64,000 bases of DNA from Tubulanus polymorphus. Its lineage: Eukaryota > Animalia > Nemertea. The notes under the pieces are model-generated. The model ran no database searches, was not told where the DNA came from, and saw only the letters and a program-made list of their open reading frames with translations. Made by a program: the position numbers and the translations under genes. The stretch covers positions 12,240,850-12,304,849 of the forward strand of contig NC_134029.1 in assembly GCF_964204645.1 (NCBI RefSeq), given 5' to 3'. This document shows positions 1 to 9,321 of this stretch, in pieces. Position 1 is the stretch's first letter; each line of letters opens with the position of its first letter.

Positions 1-258
1 GGTTATAGTAAATTATGTAATTATATACTACCAATTGAAGATGAAAATAGATTATATTCTGATTTAAAAAATGATTATTTAGTTATGACTGAATTAAATA
101 AATGGATTGGATATTTATCATTTCAATTAGGTGGATTTATGACATTATTATCAACTGGAGTTATAACATTTTCAAATATTGAAAGTAAAAATATTTCTGT
201 AATAAATGAGCGAGGTGAAAGAAGTGAAGAAAAAACCGAGAACTCAGAAACAAATTGA
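1..258 (+). CDS. 3' part of a Polinton-type hypothetical protein with hydrophobic C-terminal segment (5'-truncated by window edge)
   Basis: Frame 1 is open from base 1: GYSKLCNYILPIEDENRLYSDLKNDYLVMTELNKWIGYLSFQLGGFMTLLSTGVITF...; TGA at 256-258; overlaps the next ORF. Confidence 0.6.
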   Translation, partial: GYSKLCNYILPIEDENRLYSDLKNDYLVMTELNKWIGYLSFQLGGFMTLLSTGVITFSNIESKNISVINERGERSEEKTENSETN

Positions 259-559
259 ATGGTCTCGACAATTAGGAATTAAATCACAAGAATATAAAAA
301 AGCTGTAAAAGAAAAAATAAGTAATAAAAATGTTAATAAAAATGGTGAAAATATTGTTATTTCTACTCCTTCTGATAGTAGAATATTTGATAAATATTTA
401 TATTTTACAGTTGGATTTGTAATTGTATTCATTTTGATTGGGTGTAATTGGTATAAGAAATCAAATAAAATTCATGATATAAGTAATTCTGAAACAACTG
501 CTATTAAAAATGAAAATACTTCTGAAATTCCAAAATTAACAATAAAAAAAATGGATTAA
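206..559 (+). CDS. Small viral-type membrane protein (basic N-terminus, one predicted TM helix)
   Basis: Intact 117-aa ORF with Lys-rich N-terminus, hydrophobic YLYFTVGFVIVFILIGCNW and a TAAATG start context. Confidence 0.65.
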   Translation: MSEVKEVKKKPRTQKQIEWSRQLGIKSQEYKKAVKEKISNKNVNKNGENIVISTPSDSRIFDKYLYFTVGFVIVFILIGCNWYKKSNKIHDISNSETTAIKNENTSEIPKLTIKKMD

Positions 560-722
560 TATTTTAGAAAAAAAGCAAAAAAAAATAATTTTTTTTAATT
601 AATTGAATATTAATTGAATATCTCACTACTTTTGTCTATCTATGAGGAGCAATTAAATTGTCCAGATAAGTCATTTCGGATTCTAGATATTCATTATTTT
701 TATTAATTTATTTTTTTAAAAT

Positions 723-1049
723 TTAATCAACAATTTCTAAATCATGATGGCCATCTTCATTTTTTCCATGATAGATTATTTTAAATCCTTCTAAATCTTT
801 TAATTCCTCTGTACTCAATGAAACCCATTTATCAGGTAAAAATACTTTAAATTCTCGCGATGTACTAACATTACAGTAGCTTAAATTAGCTGATACTTTC
901 TCTCCATATTTAGTTTTTATCTTTTCTAATTTCAATATTTTATGTTCAATTTCTTTTGTAACATCAACTAACTTTTTTATTTCAAATTGTTTTTTTGCTG
1001 GTTTTATTCTGTTATTTATTGTTGCTAAGAATGCTTTTCTATCTCCCAT
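723..1049 (-). CDS. Small hypothetical viral protein, possibly OB-fold
   Basis: Intact 108-aa ORF with TKYG...FKVFLP...IIYHG pattern; shares an upstream motif with the neighbouring ORF. Confidence 0.6.
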   Translation of the reverse strand: MGDRKAFLATINNRIKPAKKQFEIKKLVDVTKEIEHKILKLEKIKTKYGEKVSANLSYCNVSTSREFKVFLPDKWVSLSTEELKDLEGFKIIYHGKNEDGHHDLEIVD

Positions 1050-1062
1050 TTATAAGGAAAAC

Positions 1063-1085
1063 AAATTACTTGTGGTGATGAGTGG
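1063..1085 (-). promoter_or_regulatory. Putative viral promoter element, copy 1
   Basis: CCACTCATCACCACAAGTAATTT (minus strand), identical to 1350-1372 and at the same 13-nt spacing upstream of an ATG. Confidence 0.5.
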
Positions 1086-1132
1086 GATTACTTCCCCTTG
1101 TATATAACAAACACGTTATTACGCAGCTGTTG

Positions 1133-1336
1133 TTACGCGCACTCACTGTTTATATGTGACACAATTTTACTACGTAATATTTCTAAAATTTCAATTATAT
1201 CTTTTATTTCTAGTGAATCAATATAATTTCTAACATTTTCCATGTAAGGTTTATCGATGTATTTTTTACAATATTGACAATAATATTGATTTTTATTGAC
1301 ATTATTGTTTTCTAGTTGGAACTCACTCTCTCCCAT
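1133..1336 (-). CDS. Small hypothetical viral protein with CxxC
   Basis: 67-aa ORF with YCQYCKK; same upstream motif and TAAATG start as ORF 723-1049. Confidence 0.45.
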   Translation of the reverse strand: MGESEFQLENNNVNKNQYYCQYCKKYIDKPYMENVRNYIDSLEIKDIIEILEILRSKIVSHINSECA

Positions 1337-1349
1337 TTATTAGGGAAAA

Positions 1350-1372
1350 AAATTACTTGTGGTGATGAGTGG
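1350..1372 (-). promoter_or_regulatory. Putative viral promoter element, copy 2
   Basis: 23-bp exact copy of 1063-1085, upstream of the ATG at 1336. Confidence 0.5.
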
Positions 1373-1374
1373 TG

Positions 1375-1803
1375 TTTAGTACTCTCGTACTCTGATCTGA
1401 AACCCCACTTTTATAATTACTGACCGGCCTGGAGGTAAATCTAGACGTTTTTCCAGCTAGAATTATGTGAAAATGTTTGAACAACACCCAAAACTTTATA
1501 CTACTAGCAGTCCGGGTCTATTTTGATTTCACAGAAACGCATGTATACAAAAAGAACGGCAATTTGCTTCGATTTTGGTATATTTTTGATTATTTCACAA
1601 AAATACGAGTTCAGAACTCTATGAAATTTTCAGATTGTAAAATAGATACTATATGACAACTCCGATAAAAAAATCAGATCTCAGGACCATCTAGATAAAA
1701 AGTGTGCCACCCGTTTTACTGAATTTTTTTGCGATAGGAAAATGCATTGGTAGGATGACGTCATCAGCTAGTGATAGCAAAAGCGAACCATAGGTTCGCT
1801 AAA
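1375..1803 (+). mobile_element. Non-autonomous Helentron/HINE-like fragment inserted in the viral element
   Basis: Higher-GC non-coding block ending in hairpin AGCGAACC-ATA-GGTTCGCT (1782-1800) followed by an A-run. Left boundary approximate. Confidence 0.5.
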
Positions 1804-1921
1804 AAGTATTGAAAACAAAACATTACGTGGTAAGAAATATTCTTTGGTTGAATATAAAGGGTATGATGATAAATTTAATGAACGGATTTTATCTAGTAAA
1901 ATTAAAAGAATAAATGAATAA
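1802..1921 (+). pseudogene. Chromodomain remnant, likely the C-terminus of a Polinton integrase
   Basis: Frame from 1802 reads KSIENKTLRGKKYSLVEYKGYDDKFNERILSSKIKRINE*, a chromodomain-like YxVxxKGY..FN.(W)I pattern. The stop overlaps the ATPase start. Confidence 0.65.
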
Positions 1922-2532
1922 AGATTTATTTATATTTGAACCACATAATAGGTTAGTTACTGGAGTAACAAATTGTGGTAAAACACATTTCATATTAGAT
2001 TTGTTAGAAACTGTTTATAAAAATCATTTTGATAATATAATATTATTTTGTCCTACTTATGAAATGAATAAAACATATAATAGGGATATAGTTAAGATAA
2101 AAAAGTTTATTGTATTAGATCCTAAAACAGTAAAAGATAATTTAGATAATTGTATAACAATAGCAATTGATATTTATGAAGGATCAAATACATTATTCAT
2201 TATAGATGATTGTGCAAATTTACATGATTCAAAAGTTAGAGAAAGTGAACTATGTTATCTAGCTTTCTCTAGTTTTCTCTGGGAGACATTTTGGGATAAC
2301 GTGGGTTTTAAATCAAAAATAAAATTCAATTGTTAAAGATTTTAGAGAAAACATTAGATTTTTAGTTTTATTCTACAATAAAGATAGAAAATCTATGCAA
2401 CAATCATTGGAAGAGAATCGAATAATACCTACTGACTTACATGATGAATATATGAATAAATCAAAAAGTAATAAAGGTTCAAAATTATTACTGAGGCTTC
2501 AATTTCCATACGAATATACATTTATAAAATGA
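1914..2532 (+). pseudogene. A32/FtsK-like genome-packaging ATPase, disrupted
   Basis: Walker A GVTNCGKT and Walker B LFIIDD. A near-perfect 10-nt tandem duplication (2261-2280) shifts the frame; the shifted frame reads GRHFGITWVLNQK*NSIVKDFREN... to TGA at 2530-2532. Confidence 0.9.
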
Positions 2533-2959
2533 AATCATAATTTAAGCATTTATGTATTAGATACGCATAAGATACGTATTAGATACCTTAATATGTTTTA
2601 AATACGTATTAGATACATAAATACTTAAAATTTGAAATATTATAGAATTTTGAATTGTGTATGAGTGGACGAGTGGACGAATTGGAAGAATGGACGAGTG
2701 TACAAGGGTAACATATATAATTTATATATGTCTTTTATTTAAAAAACAGTACGAGTTTTATTTTAAAATATTTTAACAATTTTATACTATATTTAAATAT
2801 TATTTTAATAACATATATATATCTATTATGTTAAATTTAATATATAATACAAATATTATATTTATACTCGTACTATTCTGACAATTCGTATTTTTAAAAG
2901 TAAAATATATGTATCATTATACTCGTCCAATTCGTCCACCAATATGTAAATAGAAATTA

Positions 2960-4048
2960 ATCTTTCTCATTTTCATATTTTTCTTTAAGCTTATTTATTA
3001 TATTCTAACAATATATTCCTTTGCATTGACGTTGTTATAATTCCTAAATGATTCCCGAGTTTATATTTATTGAATGTTTCTCTTGAAAACATTTTTTTGG
3101 AATATAATTTTCGATTTCATTTTTCGATGGATGTTTATCTAAAAATTCTCTAAAATCATCATATTTAAGTTCAAATAACTTCATTGCATAAGTTACATTT
3201 GGTTTAAAGTTACCTAACTTTTTCAATACGGTAACTATATCATTACTCGAGAAATAACCTATAAATGTTTTTCTCTACCACCGATAATCTAATATATTCA
3301 TTTTATTAAATTTCGGGTTTAAAATTAATGAATTTTCTATTACATTATACGTACCTATATGTTTAATTGAGTATTCATGATTCAATTGTTTGTCACATAT
3401 TACTTATTCTTTACATTTTTCACTAAAAGATTTAAATACCTGTATTGCATGGACTGAATCATTTCCACCTTTTGTTTTTAATTTATAATGTTTCGCCCAA
3501 TTAGTCTTTGTTATACATTCATTTCAGAAGGCACAATAATTTTGATCTTCTTTGCATTTATCTTTATATATATAAGCATATGTTTTTACTAATTGTAGTA
3601 TATGTTCATCTTTTTTAATATGCAATAAATAATCATTATAATTATCAAAATCTTCTTCACAATATGTGCATCTAATGATATCTTTTGGTTTAACATTTGA
3701 TTTTTCTATTTTATAGTTAGAGGTAGATGCAGCTACATCTTCTTTTTTTGTTTCAATATTATCTTCTTTTTTAGTTTCAATATTATCTTCTTTTTTTGTT
3801 TAAATATTATCTTCTATTTTAGTATCAATATTATCTTCTATTTTAGATTCAATTTTATTAGTATCTTCTATTTTAGATTCAATATTATCTTCTTTTTTAT
3901 TTTCAATATTCTTTTCTATTTTACTTATTCTATATTTGAATTGATTAAAGTATTCTCCAAAATACTTACTATATTCATACGGTATTATATAATATATATC
4001 TGATATCATTTCACTTGGACTTTGTATTTCATATATTCCTCCTTCCAT
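2960..4048 (-). pseudogene. Viral gene with 8-aa acidic/lysine repeats and a C2H2-type zinc finger, disrupted
   Basis: 24-bp repeats (NIETKKED-like, ~3737-3910) with one in-frame stop at 3800-3802, then in frame CTYCEEDFDNYNDYLLHIKKDEH. The downstream part is frameshifted and the end approximate. Confidence 0.55.
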
Positions 4049-4080
4049 TTATTATAAATTTTCTTATTAAAATTAAAATT

Positions 4081-6155
4081 TTAATACATAACACTATTCA
4101 ATTGAGAATTTATGATACTTAATTGCGCGTCAGATATAAGATAAATGTGCATTTTATAATTTAAACCTCCTTTTTTCTTTTTCATGAATAATTGTATTCC
4201 ATCTTTAGTGTTCTGTAGTTTTTTACCAGAACCATGTACTAAGTTATCTTCAGTTGTTCTAAAATCTAACCATAACGCATATTCATTACCAGTATAATAA
4301 TCTATTTGATTAATATTACAATTATCAGATGATTTTATTTTTTCATTCACAAAATGTTTTTTAATTTCTACCCATTGATCTATCATTCTCATTCCTTGAC
4401 AGGATATTTTATTTGCTATGCCTTCAATTGTTATTTCTACTTTTGAAATTTCTGGATTATAATAATTATCAACATTTATTGCGCCATTAGAATATGTAGC
4501 AATGATAAAAGATATTAATACGCCTTTAACCCTTACTGCATACGGTACAAATTGTCAAGCTAGCATACCCGTACCGTATGTGATACGGTATCACTTAACC
4601 CTTCTTCTAGAAGGGTATATCTATCAGTATCATCCGGTGCTGCCATCTGCATAAAATCCAAGATGGCAACAGCCTGTAAAAACAATTTGGCTGGATGAAA
4701 CGGTTCAGCAGCTCGTATATGATGCTGAAAGTGATGCTGGTGACTTGGAATTTGGTAGTGAACAAATTGAGAGTGACAACGAATATGACAGCAGCAGTTC
4801 AGATATATCCAAATAATTTGTCTTATTTGTAAGGCCAATGGTTATCAACACCATGGTATACAATGTATCAGTATCAAATACATAGGTAACGATTTTCTGA
4901 GGCCTGAAATTATACCCCAATGAAACCCCTTACATCCGGCCTTCCGACATATCGGTGGAGAAGTTGGTAAATGAGTAGAAAAATAAATTTTTTAGTTGTT
5001 CGATTGCTTTGAAATTTTTACTACATAAAGTAAGGATATATGGCATACAATTTCAGTTGGAATTTTATAGATCAGCGCATTTTGCTGGGAGACAGAGCAG
5101 TTTATCTGAAACTTTTTCATGATTTTTTTTCATGGCGGCCATCTTGGAGTATGTGACCTTGACCTCAAGTGCACTTATATCCAAATTATTTATGTCTACA
5201 TTGTTGGCTCAAAAGTTATCAACAACATGCTATATAAATTTTCTGTGTCAGATACCTTGGTAACTAATTCTATGAAGTTTCAAATATACCACTATAAACC
5301 CCTAAATTCCCTCCGGTACAGCAGCGGAGACACTATTGTGGTATTGAAAGGGTTAATAGATCTTCTTGGGAAGTTAATATTCTCATTAATTATTTCATCA
5401 TTTGCATTAATAGTTACAATTTCAAATTTTTCAATATAATCATATAATAATGAAAATCCTTGATGATATTGAGTTTGAATGATGTTAGTAATATTTTCAT
5501 CAGATACTGTGTCATATTCTAAACATATATTCGATAATTTATAACCCATATCTTTAACAACGCTAGATAATACAATTTCATTAACAGGAGCAAATGTTAT
5601 TTCAAATATAATATCTTCTTGTATAACATATTTATAAAAAGGTGCAGTATTATTTATCAATTCAAAATCTAATGGGATTTCATATTTACTACCATAAATC
5701 TTTTTTATAAAATTATCTACAGCATTAGCTACTATTGCGTTATCAGCGTCTGATCTTAATTTATTTTGATTTAAGGATTGGATGCCTTGAAATATCATAT
5801 TTTTTCGATTTTCTTTTGTTAACCATGAATCTTTATTATGCATTAATAAATTATAATCATCTAATGAAAAAACTATTTCTGTTCCAATCTTTACAATTAA
5901 TTTTTTAATCAAATATCTTCCAACATTATCAACAACATAATTATTATCATGGCCAGTTACTTTTATGTCAGCTGATAAATAAATACTATTTGGAACATAA
6001 AAAGTATTTTGATTTAATCTCGGGATTCTAACATATAAAGTTTCATCAGGATTAATATTAGAAGGATTATGAGTAATTACATGATGAGATCTTTCTGCTT
6101 TAATAGCATTAGATATTCTAGAATTCTTAGAAGGATTTATATAACTCCCACTCAT
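4081..6155 (-). pseudogene. Polinton-type major capsid protein (putative double jelly-roll), split by one insertion
   Basis: Removing 4530-5356 joins ...NFPRRSI|KGVLISFI...YNPEISKVEITIEG...QGMRMIDQW...YALWLDFRT into a 1248-nt stop-free ORF (415 aa). The sequence resembles capsid genes of invertebrate Polintons as I recall them. Confidence 0.8.
4530..5352. mobile_element. Non-autonomous piggyBac-like element
   Basis: TTAA duplication (4526-4529, 5353-5356) with CCCTT...AAGGG termini; GC-richer than the flanks; removal restores the host ORF. Confidence 0.8.
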
Positions 6156-6159
6156 TTAT

Positions 6160-7443
6160 TTAAGAGAAGTAAATGTATTATTTTTTTTATCATATTCACT
6201 AATCCAAAAATAATACCATAGTTACAGCTGTTAGAATTGAAAGAATTGTTATACCTTCTAATTTAAATAATAATTTTATTCTATCTTTTAATGATAGTTT
6301 AGAATCTGGTTTTATCAACAAATCTTTAAAAATAACTTTTAATCTTTTAATATTATAAACACATTTTTCCATTAATATATTTTTTCTTTTTCCTGTACTT
6401 CTAAGTCAGCTTTTAAATCATTCATTTCCTTTTCTAAACGTAATTCTTTTAGTCTATATTCAATTTCATCAAATCAGACTTTAATTGTTCTATTTCATTT
6501 TTATCAGTTTTTTCGTTTTTTCTTTTTCCAAATACATAATTTTTTGAACTCTTATACTTTTATCATGCGTAATTTTATCAGCTGATATTTGTACACCTTT
6601 AATTTCTCTACGCGCTTGTTCAGGAAATGTTTCTAAATCTTCATCAGTTAAACCAAGAAATCCTTTTTCTGATAAAAGTTTCATTTGATTTGTTCCAGTA
6701 AGAGATGTGTCTAAAGTACTATTTATCTGTTTTTCTAAGTAATTAACTGTTTCTATCGCTGTATCTAAATTAGTTCTTTCCTGTAACTGACTTGAATCAT
6801 TATCAATTGGTTGAGTGTCTCTTCTCGATGTTTCTGGTGTTGAAGATCTTAATTTATCTAATCGATCTCCATACTCTTCCATTTCTGTTTCTGAATTTTT
6901 ATTGATTATTTTTAATGTCATCAATTCTTTGACTAAATTCTTTTATATAATCATTTCATTCTTCTTGTGTAACATCAGTTATTTCATAACTATTACTTAT
7001 TCTTTTACTTCTAAATTTTTCAAAGTTGATTCTGCTAATAATTTATTTAGTCTTGTCCTTTGATAAGTGATATCAATATAACAATCACCATCCAAATGAT
7101 AATAATATTTACCTTTTAAAAGTCTCCTACTCGGCATCTCTATCATTTATATTATAAAGAGGATCTTTCAAATACAGGTTTGAATTTATAAATATATTCA
7201 GTATAATCTAATCTTTTTTTTCACTAAATCTGGATTTACATTTTCGGGATCTATTCTCTGTTCAGCATTTCTATCAAATTCATCTGTTGATGGGGCTTTA
7301 GAACCACTATTTGTCAAATTAGAATTATATGCTGTTTCATTATCATTATCAATATTAGTTTCATTAAATCCAGGTTGTGGTTCATCAGTTATACCAGGGT
7401 CACCAAAAGTATCCATTGGAATATCTTCTCCACCTTCTACCAT
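6160..7443 (-). pseudogene. Polinton coiled-coil protein with C-terminal hydrophobic helix, fragmented
   Basis: ORF pieces 7198-7443 and 6490-6924 plus terminal SLKDRIKLLFKLEGITILSILTAVTMVLF (6201-6300); several frameshifts. Confidence 0.6.
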
Positions 7444-7469
7444 TTACATTATAAAAAAATTAAAATTCA

Positions 7470-8195
7470 AAATATAATATTCCTCCTATTACAATTCCTA
7501 TACAAGTTATAGCTAATTTAGCATTTTCATGTGATTTATTATCATTATTACTTTTAATTATTTCATGTTGAATATTATCAGTTTTTATATTTTCTGATGT
7601 ATTGTAATCTTTTATTTTAGGATCATTATTTAATTTAATATTTTTACTTTTAGTTTATGTTGATTGAATATGTTTTTTAATTTTTTCACCTTCCATTAAT
7701 TTTGGAGCGGTGATAATTTTTTTATTTATATCATTTAATCCAAACTTATTTTTTATTGTAGCAGTTTTGATTATACAATAATTTAATCTCACATGAGATT
7801 TATCTAAATAATTTTGGTACCTAACTATATTTTCTGGAATCGATCTTTTTTATCATTATGAATAGAATCTTCAAATAATACTTTGAATTGTTTCTGTGCA
7901 TCAAACGAAGTATTATCATGTCCAACTATTGGTGATCTTGTTTCAACTTGTGCACCTAAAATACAAATTAAATATATTCGAATAGATTGATTTTTTCTTT
8001 GTATGCCAGCTTAAGTAAAACCTTAACTATTTTCTAAAATGAAATTGATCCATCCATTATTATTTTGTTGTAGTATATTATTATAAAATGTTGGTAATTC
8101 ATTCCAATTTAGTGTTCTTATATCTGTATTTGTAATTATTTAACCAAATTCTTTAGTATATAATATTCCTAATCCACCCATTGTTCCAATTTTTG
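7470..8195 (-). pseudogene. Conserved Polinton-type hypothetical gene, multiple stops, 5'-truncated
   Basis: Minus frame reads GWINFILENS*GFT*AGIQRKNQSIRIYLICILGAQVETRSPIVG...FDAQKQFKVLFEDSI, resembling a gene I recall lying next to this capsid family. Confidence 0.55.
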
Positions 8196-9321
8196 CTTAA
8201 TGTCAGAAAGGTTTCGGCTATAACCGGTCTAGTACCTATTTCAACTTTGCTTGAGAGGACATCAGGTGCCTAGCTCAATCAGTTTTGTACATACCTGATA
8301 AAGGAACAGAACAAGCATAGATGGGCCTTCCAACTAAATCAATTCTTTGAATATTTCTAAGAACCTGCGCATCACCAGTGCTGTTTGAGGTTTTCTGGAT
8401 CAATATTGAAAGGACTTAGAAAATTTCCATTTTCACTAATCTATTAACTCCCAAGTAACTGACAATGAAAAAAGGCAGATAATAACTGCTGACTGATAGC
8501 TCACCATAATATTTCAATCTCATAGGAACACTTTTCATAGATTTCAATTCGATGCAAAGGTGAAAAAAAACTGCTTCCATAAAATCTAAAGAAATGTAAA
8601 CGAGGTTTATATCAAATTGAAAAAATCATTAACAAATCATCTTCATAAGTTTTCAAAACTTTTGGGTTTTAATTATTTAATTAATTGGTATTGTGCTTAT
8701 TGATTGAAAGACCATGAATTTTTGTAATTTAATTTTCTAAGCATCAATCGATTAACCGAATAGATTTAATTTCATCAAAATATTATTTGTTTGTGCTCCT
8801 AGCAAAATAACATTTTCATTCATTCTGAGTTCAGTTGCAAGTTCTGTAGTGTGCAGATGATTCAAGTAAAGCTAAAAGTTTATGTATTAGCTTTACTATG
8901 TAATGCCATGACATCTGACATGGCGGCAGTGAGGTACTATGTGATCCAGATGTGAAAAACCATTCTTATGAGTTATGTTTTTTTATAATGTCAACTAATC
9001 TCCATTCACAAACAAACATCCTGCTAGTCAGTTCAAGAATTAACAATTCAACGAGCCCTATCGAATTTAACATCGGACGCAAAGGTTTGGGGATTGGTCA
9101 TTTGTGTTAATCAGTGGTGGTCAACTTTTGAAGTTGCAATGATGAATCGCTTTTTAGCCGAAATCAAATCTTTCGCATATTCGAGAAGTTTGAATTGGTC
9201 AGTGTGGTCAACTTATTTGCAATGGTGAATCCTTCTCAGTCTGACATAAAACGCGGTATATCGTTCTCATATTTGAGAAATTTCAATTGGTCAGTGGTCA
9301 GTGATGGTCAATTTATGAACT

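Larger units (their letters stand above)
1..8195. mobile_element. Endogenous Polinton/Maverick (adintovirus-like) element, partial and decaying
   Basis: Very AT-rich, intronless, tightly packed genes: packaging ATPase, chromodomain, capsid-like gene and other genes resembling invertebrate Polinton genes. No pPolB, integrase core or protease is seen in the window. The right edge is approximate, where coding-like sequence stops. Confidence 0.85.

Noticed and set aside
4560-5439. ORFs 4560-4838, 4705-4920 and 5119-5439 as viral genes or transposase
   Set aside because: They lie in the non-autonomous insert and show no recognisable motifs.
1-8195. Bacterial/phage contamination
   Set aside because: It is interrupted by eukaryotic transposons, pseudogenised, and contiguous with a spliced animal gene.
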